Shown: one piece after another, positions 13,920-27,800 of the stretch
Numbering within the stretch: the first letter of the stretch is position 1
How the letters are laid out: each line of letters begins with the position of its first letter
DNA from: the human T2T-CHM13v2.0 reference genome, Homo sapiens
DNA: 64,000 bases
Reading direction: 5' to 3' (one strand)
Assembly (NCBI RefSeq): GCF_009914755.1
Contig: NC_060928.1
Translations under genes and position numbers: made by a program
Notes under the pieces: generated by a model
Seen by the model: only the letters and a program-made list of their open reading frames with translations
What the model was told of the DNA's origin: nothing
Database searches by the model: none

Positions 13920-16900
13920 ATCCAACCCAGCAGGTGACAGATAAGGAAACTGAAACCCCAAGAGGTGGGTCTAGAAGCTAAGTCTCCTGACTTCCAGATC
14001 AGTGCTTCAACTTAGAATGTGCCAAGTGCTTCCATAAGAGTGGCAACTTTCTGAGATTTTAGTAGACCCCATATAATAGGGAGGATAAGCACATTAATTT
14101 AAAAAATTAACTTTATATGGAATGAAGTCCACAGGTTCTCGAAATTTAAAGAGAACTAGGTTATCTGGAAATGCAGATAAAAATACAAATATTTTAAGAA
14201 ATGAAAGCAGTGTTAAAGACAGATTCTTATCTATTGAGGCTCAAAAAGTGGCAGAGGACATGCTGGTAGATGTGCCTGGCTAAAGCTGGACACGAACAGG
14301 AGGTGTTTCATCATTTGTACTAACACTATCGGTCTGCTCCTCCTAAGTGGTAGGACTTGGGCACAAGCAGCTCAAAACGCCAACATAAAAGAATAAAAAA
14401 TGGACTGAGAGGCGAAGTAAGGAGGGGGGACTGGAAAGCAACCACTAGAAAAAATAAAACATGTCAGCTGCAGAAAATGGAACTATTAAACTGACCAGCT
14501 TGCATCTTCTGTCATGATATTTCATAAGACACCAGTAATTTTCTGCAAGGACTTTCCCCAGGAGAGGGAAAGGGTTAAGATGGCTTGAACAGTAATGCAG
14601 CAGGCAATAAGCTCACCGCAGAGTGGCAAAGCAGCAAAGCCACTGGGGGCAGGGCACGGAGCTTTCCTGGGGACAGAGGGCTTTGGCAAAGCAAAGTCTG
14701 ATGTTGATATTGGCATATGAGTGTGCTGGTTAGTTTGACATTTCTATTCATAAAATCTTAGTTTAAAAGGTGTTACCTTACATCCTGAAGCCCTTTAATG
14801 TGTTAGAATCTAGCAGAATATCTCCTTAAAAATGTTATAACTCATCTTTAAGTTTTCAACTAGGTGGTCTCTGTGTATACAAATTTTTACTTATAAGAGT
14901 GTGTGATAAGATAAACTGATCTTGAATTCACTAGAAAATGCTAATCATGGAACTGAATAATCATTATTTGATGCTTTGTGGCTAACGGCAGGGCCATCCA
15001 TCAGTTTTCTTCTTTGTTAACACAGCTTTATTTTGTGGCTTTATTCTTGATCAGTTGCTTTACTGACAAGGAAATCAAATGTGTCCTTTTCCTAGCGTCT
15101 CCCATGGTATACACGAAATACACAGCTGCAGTAATTCTAGCTTATCAGTGACATTTTCTCCTAAAGCATATAGTTAGGGTGAATGAATTCACTTATTTTA
15201 AAATGAGAAATGTAAAACTATATGAGTTTCAACTCTAATAAAAAGTATGCATGTAGAACGGAAGTGAAAGGTTTCTCATCTATGCAACACAAAATGCTTA
15301 CCTGATTCTCTCCTTTTTCTCTCTTTTCTGTTATTCGATAGTCTTATAATTTAAGGCTTCTATTCAAAAGAGTTATAAAATGACATGTAATACACAGTTC
15401 AGTATAACTAAGGGATCAATAAAACTGTTCCCCATTTTAGTTTGAAATGATCTAAAAGCACAAGGCTCATGTTTTGATAGTTGGCACTCAACTAGAACAA
15501 TAACAAAGTACTAAATAAGGTAGTGTGGTAGATAACAGGTACAATTTCACTGCCTGCCTAGAGAGCCGGTTTTGAGGATGTATTCACCGACCATTCCCTG
15601 ACCATTCCCAATTGCTACTTTGGGAAATATTTTATATTTTAACTAGCAATTCTAGAGCAAGGAGAGAGATAGGAATGTTGCAAGAAAATTATTTAAAGGG
15701 AAAAACAGGAGGGATGTGAGGCTTCACACTGGACTGTCTTGCTAAACCACCACATAAAATAAATGCATTTTCATATCTAGACCAAAGTTCCTTGTGTACA
15801 GTTAGTTTTGCTTTTAGACATGTGTCTTGTCACAGTGAACTCTGGACATAAGTATGACATGCCTCTCTATTAAAAATTAATCCACCCAGGTCAGTTGACA
15901 TTGCAGCAGGTCGGAAATAACAGAGATAAAAGCTGCATGCTTGCTACTGAAGTAATAAAAAAAGACTAGGCCCTGGGGGAGTTCCAGTTCAGACACTATA
16001 GTACACATGGATATAACGGAAATTTTCTGTAGAAAGAGGGAACATATCTCTGAGTAACGCTAACATGGTCACTGGGACAAGCTACTCTCTGCTTAGCTGG
16101 CTGGATCCACTTACTATACAAAAGAAAACCGGGTACTGGGATGATTGATTTCTCAGAAATCTGCACAGAATTAAGGGGGCCAATGTTTTCCACATTCCCT
16201 TTCCAACTATATTATTTAGAGCCATTACTCCTTGGCAAGATGTAACCATTTTTCTGCTCAGCTGAGCTAGGAGGTACTTGGACATCCCAGACATAAAAAG
16301 ATGTAAGCCTCATGGTGGAGGCTCTTTACTGGAAGAATTTTAAAAAATTTTCTTTAGTGTTCCAAAATTTAACTTTAGAACAATGTTAGTCCTATGAAAT
16401 TGTTCAATTAGTCTTGTTAACCAACAGAGTTAGAAAGAACCAGAGTAGTCAGCTTTATCAATCACAAATGTAATCCTTACATTTATCTGCTTTGTCCCTG
16501 TTTGCAAAGTTAATAAGCAAGCCCTTAATAGCTCCATTTAAATCATTAATAAATGTGTGGAACAGGATAGGGCTGAGGACTTTTTACCTAATGAGAATAC
16601 CCCCATTTGAGCTGACTTTGATCCATTTATCTACACATTTAAGAACAGCTGCTTAATCAGTTACTAATTCACTACCCTACCTGTCTTCTCTCCCACTTCT
16701 CTGACAGTCGGGCTATCATTAACGCCCCGTCAAAGTCCCAGGTGAAGTCTTTTCAAATGCACCATTTCCCCAACCTAAAGTCTAGTATTAATAATATCAA
16801 AGAAAGAAAGGAGGTTGGTGTGACATGGTTAATCCTTAATAAATCTGTAGAGGACCTAGTAATACCAATTCCTCTTGTGTTCAGAGCCACCCATGGCCAT

Positions 16901-16994
16901 TCGGTAAACTGCGCTCTGGTTTCAAAGAAGGCAAACTTAGGCTGATTTTTCCTGAAACTATACTTGGAAATATTTATGGAAGATAAAACTGACA

Positions 16995-17230
16995 CACATA
17001 GTGCCTACTATGAGCCCATACTGTGCTGTGCACTTAGCATATTTTAGCTCATTTAATCCTTGCAATAAACTTATTAAGTAGATACTACTGTATCTACTAT
17101 TCATTATTACCTACTGTTACCATCCTATTTAAAGATGGAAAACCAGGGCAGGTTTACTAACTTGTCGCAAAGCTGATAAGCAGCAGAGCCAGGATTTGAA
17201 CCCAGGGAATCTGGCTTGTAACCACTTTGA
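16995..17230 (-). mobile_element. MIR SINE
   Basis: gtgcctactatg...ctcatttaatcct...agagccaggatttgaacccagg. Confidence 0.8.
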
Positions 17231-17507
17231 TCTGTTGCCCACAAGGATATAAAACTGACATTGTTTAGAAAGAGGCATCAGGTGCAAATGAGGAGACTTT
17301 GTTACTTTGAATCATCATTTTGCTTCTTTTGGCCTCAGTATTCTCATCTGTATAATAGGAAGGTTCAAGTGGAATATCTTTTAAGATCTCTTGTTTTTCT
17401 GATACTTTTAGAGAATTTCCTTTCCAAAGTTATTTTCAACAAGCAGTAAGTGATGAGTTAGATATATGAAGTATCTTATGCCCTTTTAAAAATACCACCC
17501 ATCTCCA

Positions 17508-17635
17508 TTTTTTGAAATGGGGTATTGTTATGTTGCCTAGGCTGGTTTTGAACTCCTGGGCTGAAGTGATCCTCCGGCTTCAGCCGGAGTCCCTTAAGTA
17601 GTAGGGACTACAGGCGCATACCACCATGCCCGGCT
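17508..17635 (-). mobile_element. FLAM (free left Alu monomer)
   Basis: Single ~130-nt Alu monomer atgttgcctaggctgg...gaactcctgggctgaagtgatcctcc...ccaccatgcccggct. Confidence 0.85.
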
Positions 17636-20431
17636 TAAAATGCCCCTTTAAATTTAATTTCATCAGGACATACTGAATAGAGTAGCTGACTGCTTAAACC
17701 CCAGTGCTTACACAAGGAGTATCCTCAAATCAACATAATTGACTGCTTGGGAACATTCTAATTATGCAACTCTGAAGAGCTTTAAATAACACAGAATAGT
17801 ACATTAAATCTGTATATTCATTTAACTCTGGTGATTGGAAATCCTAGTAATAATAGTCATGTGGCTAAATCAAATAATAAAACAGCTATGTATATTTAAA
17901 AAGGATGAAGTATGCTTAGTATTTGCCAATAAGCATGACCAGACTCGGATCCTACATTCACTTTGCGAGAGTTCCATTCCACATGTCCTACGGAATCTAT
18001 TTATTAGTTTCATTTCCCTTTTTGTTTACTTGATACTGAGCCCCAGAAGCCAATGAACATCATTTTCGTGTGGAGGGGCAGTACTTAGTGAATAGCCTGC
18101 TGGTGCTCGCCTCTGCAGTTAAGTATTGCTTCACCTGACATTCTGCGATTCCACATTAATGTGAGAGTAGGAGCTATGGTATGGGGATGGGAAGGAGCAA
18201 CCAAACCAAAAAAGAGGGGATGGTGCCTTGAAGACTGGTGATGGGGGCTTGTAGGTGGATACTGGTTCAGGAGGTTTTTGGTAATTATGACTTTCGTTTA
18301 CATATTTTGTTGCACTGGCTTCACATTCACAAATTCGTGCAAAGTTTATTCCTTACTGGAAAGACACAATTTTCTTATTTTAGCTATAAAAAAAGGTGAT
18401 ATTTTAGTGATCAGACTTATTGCTCTCGTTTTATGCAAAAATTCCTTACTTTCATTATACTTATAGCTATATTAGTGCTATAATGTAACTTGGAAAGTTA
18501 CAATAAGTACATAAGCTTAAAAAAAAAAGGTCACTGAAAGCAGTAATCAAATGATCAGAATGGCCTTGATGTGAATTCATGTAGATTTTAAAGATATGTA
18601 CATTCAATGACAAACGCAGTAATGGCAAAACAAAAACAAAAAGTTAAAGTTATTTCAAAAACTACTTGGAATACACAATCCACTTTCCCAAGCCTATTGA
18701 AATGCAACATATTTTTTTCCAATAACTTTTTAAAAAAAAAATCCATCTAGATTTCTAAAATGAAATGCTGGTTCCTTCAATTATCTGAAGGAAAATTCTT
18801 TATGTTAATAAAATAGTTTTAAGGAAACTATAAGCTGGCTTTCAGTCACTCTGAAGAGTATTCTCAGCTTTATATTAGCATTATTTAAGTGGCTGAGAGA
18901 GATGATAAATTTATGACTAACCAAGATAAAAATAACAAACTGAGTCCATTTCAGGAGAAAGAAAAAATGTGGCTAATTTGAATTCTAACCAAAAATCCTA
19001 GTTTTTATCTAGAGCTTTAGGGTAGACCATATCACTAAGACACAAATATAACATTTATTTTTTGGTTACTGTATTTTTCTTTTATTTGGGTAACAGTGAC
19101 TACTATGGGACTTTTTTGGGGGGAGGTGGGGGCACAGGTTGTTTTTAATATATGAATTAAAAACTAACATGATTATTTCACAGTACTCAAAAATGAAAGA
19201 ACAGAAAGGTACTCAGAAATATATAACTGAAATTACAAATTAAACAACCCTGCGTTTTGCTGCTCAGTGAATACATTTTGAGCTGAAAATATCTGACAAA
19301 ATCTGAAACCCACTGCCTAATTATATAAAAATAACTAGAACAGGTTTCTTAGATTTCAAGGACAGAACTAGAATAAAAAAGTTTGTTTTCACTAAAGCCC
19401 TGGATGCCAGAAATGGGGTTTACTCTTTTTCACCTGGTGGTCTTTTCAACTCTCCTCTTGATCCTTCATCTAAGGTCATTAAGATAACTTCTTGGTTAAG
19501 AAAGAGAGGAAAGCGGGTAGGGAGAGAAGACAAGGAGATCCACGTGCTGAAACGGGACTGATTTTTCACAGCTAAGACCTCCTGGTAAGTCATTGTGTTA
19601 AGTCATCCTGCTGTATTGGAATCAGGTGCACAATTTTTCCCTCCTTGCAGCCGTCACGCACATACTGTATAGAGGTAGACTGGCATTTATTTTGGATCCA
19701 CATTGGTATCTGTTTGGATGCAGACACATGGATAATGAAAGAATAAGCAGCTTGATAAAACTGCTGCAATATCCTCCCTGAAACACAATTTTGACAAGGC
19801 TACTCTCTTCTTCCTCGCAAGTACATTTCTAATGTTTTCACCAAAAGTCTCTAGGAAAAAAAACCAATCTAAAGCACTCACTGTATTACAAGCTTTCAGT
19901 AAGATGCATGTATTCAGTGTTCTTTTTGATAAGCAAATCCCTTAAATTTGTTAACCTGAAAAAAAAATCTATCCATAAAAACGAACATAGAAACAAAGCA
20001 AACCAAAACGGGAAGGAGATTTCATGAAAGAGGCAGGCGACTGGCATGCAGCAGTGGGAGGATCATGCCACAGAAGGTAGAAATCCTAAAAGCACACCGG
20101 TTCCCTATTACTCTGCTTGGTACTATGAGGGGGAAAAGACATACACATATCAGCACTCCCGGTGAGTCACAAAGAAAAAAAAAAGGCCTGCAAGGTGACA
20201 CTATGATAAAGGGCAAGCATGTTTTCTTTCTTAGATTGCAACTGCCCTCAGCAACATTTACCCTGAGGTATTCCTATGACAGGTCAAGGATTTTCGGTCA
20301 TTTGGAAATGCAGTTACTTCTGCATGCATAGCTCTTTCACCCACACTCTCACATAGTTACATGCCTCTCATTTGTGCTTATTTATATATGCTTTAATGAT
20401 AGCAAATCATCCAAGTATCAGACAACCCTAC

Positions 20432-20579
20432 CTTCCCAGTTCTTTTCATCACACAATGCAGTCAGGTCCGACTGGGGCACTTCGGAGACAAAGCTCTCCT
20501 CCTGGTCACCGGCATCTTGATTTCTCTGCTGTTTGGTGTCAGATAGGCTGGGATGCTCCTGGATCTTCATTGTGGGGCT
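20432..20579 (-). CDS. FAM13A: FAM13A coding exon, 148 nt, phase 0-1, SPTMKIQEHPSLSDTKQQRNQDAGDQEESFVSEVPQSDLTALCDEKNWE
   Basis: Acceptor tgttattgcag|AGC, donor GAAG|gtaggg; manual translation is open. Confidence 0.95.
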
Positions 20580-22419
20580 CTGCAATAACAGCACAATGTC
20601 CCCAAATATCTACTGCTCACCAAAACCCCAAGACGTCTGCAGCAATTCCACTCCTTCAGGATAAAACCTTCCAAGTCACAGCTGCTAATGCATCCAGCAC
20701 AGAAATAAAAATCATGGCTTGATGCCCCCCGGATCCTAGCTGGCCACTTGCATGCAGAAAGCAACTGTCCATCTGTGCTCCTTTAACTTTCCCCAGGCTG
20801 CTCTTCCCGATAACTGCAGGCAGCTGACAGTCTTGGTGATTACTGATTGGGGCCAGGAATGAGGGAAAGGAGTTTGGTGTTTTCTTAAAGGAGTATGGCT
20901 CTCATGACTGTAAACAACAACAATGAAAACCGGGCTACTGCTGTTGCTAAGGCTGTAGTAGCAACATGGTGTCTTTCGCAGGTGGACTTCTTTGCCCCTT
21001 AGGTAAACAGTCCTGCAAGCCAGGAATAGAGGCTGTGTACGTGAAAGCTCCCCTGCCGGCCCTGGCTGCTTAGATCAATTAAGCGGGGCTAGCTGCACAT
21101 TCCCAGATTTCCTGTGGTTGTTTTCTCACTGAGTATTGGGAGAACAGACTATTTATGGAGGAGCTCTGGGTATTAAAGCATTGTTGCGCAAATTCAAACA
21201 GCACAGGGGATTGGCGTCTCATCTCAGCTAGCAGTAAAGAATACGGACTCTGGAAATGAGCCAAAATTACACAGGGAGCAATTTTTTTTTTTAAGTAAAA
21301 AGTCAAGAGCTGGCAAGTCAGTGATGCATAATTCATGTCTTACAAATACGCAACTGTCACTTGTTTTCCTACTATTCATCTACTCTGAATATTAAATACT
21401 TGGCTACACTTGGTTTTGCTTATTGGTGGCACCCACACCAGGCTAGGACATCTGAGGGATGGAGAGATCCTCCCCAAAAGGCTGATATTCAAATTAATAA
21501 TTTTATGTTTAAACAAACTGCACTCGAATTAATTTTTTTTTAAGCCTTGCTCTCTGGGTAATTTGTAAATTCAACCATTGTCACTCTTCCCTGTCTCACA
21601 CAATTATAAACAAAAGTGTTTATGAAACAGTTTGCTCACAAATGTATTCCTTAAGTAGCACAGATGGGTACACAAGATTTTCTTTAGGAATAGCTAGAAA
21701 TGTATTTTGGCAAATATACTATCATTAAATGAAAAAACTAAGAACATCTGGAAATCATAAGTGATTTCATTAATGTATGAGAAACGTTTCTGTGCTGAAA
21801 GCACTACTTAAGACTTGCAGCTACTTTTAATAGCCACCCAACCAACCCACTTTGAAATCATCAGGGAATAGCCAGGGCTTTTTACTATTATATTTCCATG
21901 AAATGATGCATGGAGACATATTTTCTTCACATTTGGGATAAAATGAAATACCATCAATCGGGTCCTGATGAGCTACTAAAGTCTTATAGAAATGCCAAGT
22001 ATATCTGGAGATTTAAGATAGTTTAAAAATGCAGTTTGTTTACTGGGGAAAAAGCCAGATTAGGCATTTATGTCACAAAAAGTATTTTTCCCTTAAGCTA
22101 AAGCCTAAGTGGACCAGGGTTAAATGCCCAAATCTAGTTCTCAGCTTTTTAAGTTACAAAGCCACTCAGTTACCAATCATGAGTGTGCCTGGGTTGCGGG
22201 GGAGGGGTCGTGGGCGGGGGGAAGCAAAAGAGAGTAAGAATATGCATACAGCAAATAAGCATTTTCTCAAAAAGATTTATAATGCTTATTACCTTTACAG
22301 ACATCAAAAAATACTAGAAATATGATTTCATTTTTAAAGTATGGTATTTCCTTCACGAGGAACATACATCAAGTCATTTAAGCCCTCATGCTATGGAAAG
22401 GACAAAGGGTTTTGCTTAC

Positions 22420-22600
22420 AGGCAGACCTGGGTTTGAAGCGTGGCTCTGACATTTACTAGCCTGGTGCCCTGGCTGAGTTGCTTCCCTTCTCTGAGCCTC
22501 CATTACCTAACATTTAAAATGGCATAAGTGATACCAATTTTGCAAAGTTCTTTTGAAGATCTGTCAGAAGGTATGAAGGGCCTTCAGCATGGTGTCTGGG
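22420..22600 (+). mobile_element. MIR SINE
   Basis: cagacctgggtttgaa...ggctctgacatttactag...ctctgagcctc. Confidence 0.72.
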
Positions 22601-22789
22601 GGCAGGAGAGACACAAATGGAAGCCATCATTCTTTCTCTACTACTATTTGACACCGTATGAAGACAAATGAATAAAACACTGGCACACCTCAAAATTGCT
22701 AGAGAGGGGAATAGGAGACAAGGCAAATACAATTGCAATTTGAGGGGAAGTATACTACAACAAAGGCTGGAAGACAATGTTAAATGCAT

Positions 22790-23600
22790 TATGAAAAAAT
22801 ATTAGTGAAAAGAGCCACTAGTGTATCCGTCATGAATCAGCAACAGAAATTTTGATTTGGGGGCAGATATGTGTGGGCTGGAGGGGTGAGGGAGGACGGC
22901 ACATCACACAGAAGGAAGGAGGAATAACAAGTGCAAAGGCAGGCATGAGAGCGTGGCATGCTGGGCCACAGCAAGAGAAGAGTTTCAGGGTGACCAGCCC
23001 TTAGGACAGGAAGGGGGAATGGGACATGACAAGGGTGTCAGCTAAGTAGATGCTGGACTGTGAAAGGCCTCATATGCCAGGCTAAGTATTATATACTTAT
23101 ATATTCAATAAATATTATGGCATAATAGGGCTGCCTATTATGTCTTTAGAGATACAAAGACAAAACTTATTAATTCAAAAGAAATGATTTTTCAGTACCT
23201 ACTATTTGCTAGATGTTTTTTTCACACACTGGGGAAACTATGGTGGACAAAATAAAATCTCTGTCATAATGAGTCTTACAGAGAAGACAGTTAATCAACA
23301 AAAACCTGTTAGGGCTCTGGAGAAAAATAAAGGGGTATAAAAAGTAAAAGAAAAATAAAGTAAGAGGGATGTGGGTGGTAGCAGTTGAGGCCTCTGTTTT
23401 ATACTGAGTGGTCAGGGACAGTCTCTGTGATAAAGTGACAGGAAGTGAGAAAGTGGGCCATTTGTGAAAAGAGCATTCCAGGAAGAAAGAAGACAAGTGA
23501 AAGGCCCTGAGGCATGGTCAGTTTTTCTATGTTTCAGGAATAGTACAGAGGTCAGTGTTTCTGGAATCCAGCAAAGGACAGCCAGAGCCACCATAAACAG
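22790..23600 (-). mobile_element. L2 remnants (two adjacent fragments)
   Basis: aacaagtgcaaaggc, gtacctactat...gacaaaataaaatctctg, gagcattccagg...aagtgaaaggccctgaggc are antisense L2 motifs; boundaries approximate. Confidence 0.65.
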
Positions 23601-24627
23601 AGGATGAGGATGTGTCATATATAATGAGGCATTCGGTCATTCACATCATAGACCTGTGTCAACTTACATGAGCTTCCATACTTCCTGGCTGATTTGTGGC
23701 ACAGCAGTGGAGAGATCCCTCCTACACAAACCTACACCAGCTGGCACAATCCTGGACACACTAAGCACAGCACACCCTAACTGCATGTAGAGATGCACGT
23801 ACAGGCTGGCCCTGTCCTGCTGTGCTCCCATCAATCCCTGGGGTTGCTTTCTTACTTGCACAAGTCCCAGCTTTTGGCCCTGCTGGTCTATGATGTGACA
23901 GGGTTGCCTTGCCTAGGGCTGCAGACTGCTGATGGTTTTTTGTGCATGTGGGTGCCAGGGAGGCTGTCCTATGTCCTATGGCCCATGGTGAAGTTCTTTA
24001 GGCTCCATAAACACTAGCATAAAAACTGCTGTGCCTTCAAATGTTAGCCTAGTCTGGGTGAAGCACCTTGCCCAGTTGCTCCATCCTCTCTAACAGGGCT
24101 CTTCATATAGTAGTGCAAATATTATCTGTTTCTCCTACTAGATCATTAAGGTTAAAATGTCAAAAGCATTCTCAAATATAAAAATATTTTTGGTTTCAAC
24201 TTTTGTTGTTTACATGTCTAATATCTTCTGTTAAATCACAAAGTAAATTAATTTCACAATTTTCAACTCCAAGATCCTTGTACCGTGATGTCATACACTA
24301 AACATTGTCAAAAATGCTGCACTATATGAAAACACACCAAATATCTGTGTATTGAAACAAATTTAGTGTTTGGCTCTTAGGTGAGACAACAGAGTATGGC
24401 ATATTAGGATGGGTTTTAGAGGCAGAGACTCATGTTTAGATACTAGCTTTACTAGCTCCAAGACTTTCAGTGAGTAAATTTCTTTGAACTTCAGCTTTTT
24501 TGTTTTTCCTCGAATACAGGAACAAGACTTTGTAAGGTTTGTAAAGATTAAAATGAAAAACGTGTACAAAACAGCCTATAGGAACTATAAACAATGCTAC
24601 TTCCATTTATACCCTACCTCCCTTTCC

Positions 24628-24830
24628 CATTCGTTCATTCATTCATTCATTCATTCATTCATACATTTGGCAAGCGTTCATTGAACACATATATGTCCTT
24701 GGCACTGGAATTTAGTAGTAAGCAAGATAAGGGATTTGGTGCAGGAGAGAGATACTGAACATACAAGTGCCAAGTATCACGTGTGTTATAAAAGAAACGT
24801 AGGATGCCAGGGGGCAAATATGAAGAGAGC
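24628..24830 (-). mobile_element. L2 3' end with (CATT)n tail
   Basis: (cattcatt)n at 24628-24660 followed by caagcgttcattgaacac...ggcactgg. Confidence 0.7.
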
Positions 24831-27800
24831 TCATCTCTCCCGGGCCCTCAGGTAACATTTCACATTCAGGTCAAGGAGCCATTAATTATGAAGCTATCAG
24901 TCTAATCTTTGCCAAGACTTGTCCCTGTCCAGCTGGACCTACCTTTTTCTATCCCCAGACTTTATTTGATACTGCTCTTTCTCTGGCTTCAAATAGTTGG
25001 TGAATTTTTGTTTTATTCCTTCCATTGCCCTGCACAGGATATAGTTAAGTGGCCTAATAGTTTATCAGAGCCAGGAATGACAATATCAGAAAGTATGCTG
25101 TATAATGCAGTTTGCACAGGAAGAAACTACAATATTAACCGAAGAACTACAGAGAACCATAAACATTTTTTGTTTGGCCTGACAATAAAGGAAAGTGGAA
25201 ATAAATTTTCAAAATCCATGTGAACTCCAAAGCTTCATTAGGCTTTGGCTATTGGATTGATTTGGAAGCGAATTTGAAGTAAATAGAGCTTGTTAATTTT
25301 TCTGGTTATAATATTAAAACAAAGTCCTAAAGCTTCCATGAAAACAGTGAAGTCAAAATAACAGTCATCCATTCTATAAATACTTTTCAGAAATTCACTT
25401 TTTCAGGGCAAATAAAAGCCTGCACTTAATATCTTGTGATAACTAATATTAATTCTCAGTCTTGATTGAAAAGCCTTGTCTCCTCTCCTTCTTTCTCTCT
25501 TCTCTTTTCCTTTTTTTTGAAGCAGGATAAGAAACATGGAACTAGTCTTTTTTTTTTAAATTATGAATGTCTTGTTTGTTATCAAAGGTATGCTTCTAAG
25601 CTCTCTTAAGCAGTAGGCTTAGAAAGCATAAAGAATGTAAAAATATTTTGAAAGAACTTAACACTTCACTGACCTTGTAATTCTGACATAAAATGATCTC
25701 TCCCAGATAATGTAATTCCCTCACATGCAGTTAATAATTCTTACTTGTTTTGACTTCTCAACAGAGATTCATTGTAAGGTTTTAGTTTTAATATTCTGGG
25801 TTTTATAGAGAAGTATAAAATATTTTCATCATAGAAAATAGGGATTAAATTGAAGCATAAAGCATAAACTCCCTTGGAAACAGAACTCTGAAAATCTGTA
25901 ATTTCAGGGATATCTTTTAGAATCTAGAAATTGCTAGTTTTAAGGATGACCTCTCTTCTGGATACTTGTAGTTTGTTAAAAGAGTTAATAATACACAGAA
26001 GAACAAAGACTCTAGATTTTGCATGCCCAGGGAGCAGTGTGCTAGGCTCTTCCTTATGTTATCTCATTTCACATTGCCCAGATAGGATATTTTATTAAAA
26101 TGTCAGCCTTTCTGAACCTTCCTGAAGAAATTGTACTTTAATTTTGGACATTTCAAAGTGACTCTTGACTTTTTTTCTCATTGCCAGTGTGTCACTAAAC
26201 AAATTTTAATCCAAACCACATAAGGAACTCTCATGAAATAGAAATGGGTAACTATTATTGACCAATGCCCATCTGAGATCTCAGGAGAATCTCGTTTTGG
26301 ACAATATTAGTTGCATAATTAAAATAAATTAAAAAGATATGAAACAAAGGGATAAGCCCATGTTCACTTTCCACACATACCTTCAAACAAAACACATTAA
26401 AGGCTGCAAGCTGATTATTTAAAAACTGGGGTCACAGTTGTAACTTCATTTGCCTTTGAGCAGCAGATCTAAGAGAAGCCTCTCTCTGCCTGTCTCTAAA
26501 GAGCATTTCTGAGGCTGAAAACAAATGTTCCTCATTCTAACGGGAATAGTAGTCCTCCCAAAAAAAAATCACCTTTCCCCAAGAGCTGTTGTTTGCTATG
26601 TTATCTTATGTGAATCTGAGAGTTTACAAGGAGAATTTTAAATGAAAATATCAATAAGGATGAAGTCTGTCTTAACGGAAAACAAAATTAGAAATATTAC
26701 AATATATATTCAATAGCGGGCATGTAAAATCTGATGTCTCAAAATCTTATGCAATGAGACCTGAAACAAAATAAATACTGGTTAAACAGAACTCTAGGAG
26801 GAGTAACCAAAGTATAGACTTATTTTTCATCACTGAAAATGAAAGATTATTGATGTTTTTACTAGAAAACTAGATTAAATATTGGGTGGTGTAAGTTTTA
26901 GGAAGGACTACATATATTAAAAAGTAATAACTAACAGCACACTGAAACAAGGGAAAAAGCTTTACAAAATGGAAAACAGTTCTTTTCACTGTCTGTCATG
27001 GATAATAACAAAATAAATTTCCTTCAGTGAAAGAAGCACATACTTTCACAAGTAGAAATCATCCCAATCTTGTGGAATGATGTCTTATTTTTCTCCTTTG
27101 GTGCAGCTGTGGTAGAAAGGTGACATGGAGAGCTTAGTCTAGATTTTAGTTCACCACCTAATTTTATCTCCTAACTGAAACCATCATGTTATTATTAGTG
27201 AACGCCTAAGCAGTGCCAGCAGTGGCACTGGGCACGATTGGTGGCTGCACATGAGTAACACACAGAAGAAGAGGACTTGGCACATGGAAGAAGGATGTGA
27301 GATTGTTTCCCAATGATTCATCCACTGCCCTGGGAGCTGTCCACCAAAGACCAAGGCAGACTGAGTTCAGTTTAGTTTGCCATTTAGTTTGTGTGCTACT
27401 TGGAATTTATGAGTTAATGTATGAAGTCCATCCACAAAAGTTACTTTTATTCCCTTTTATCTCACAAAAGAAAACAGGCATAAAAGGAAAGAACTGAGGA
27501 GACCTCTCCAGGAGACTGGCAAAGCGATTTTCTTTAAAATCATGTTAGATAGGAGAAGAGTAGGTGCTTGCTGTGAGCAGAGGAAGATGGCAGTGAAAGG
27601 ATAAAACCATAAAAAACAAAACACAACTTGACAGTATCATGGGGAAACATGATCTTTAAAAGGATGCCTAGAGACAAGGAAATAATGTCAGCTTGTTGCT
27701 TGGGTTCCAAGGAAGGAGGCAAAAATGAGTTGGAAATAGATGAAAAAAGTGGCTCAGAAGCTGTGAGGTCAGAAAGAGGAAGCATTCCCCTCCTATTATC

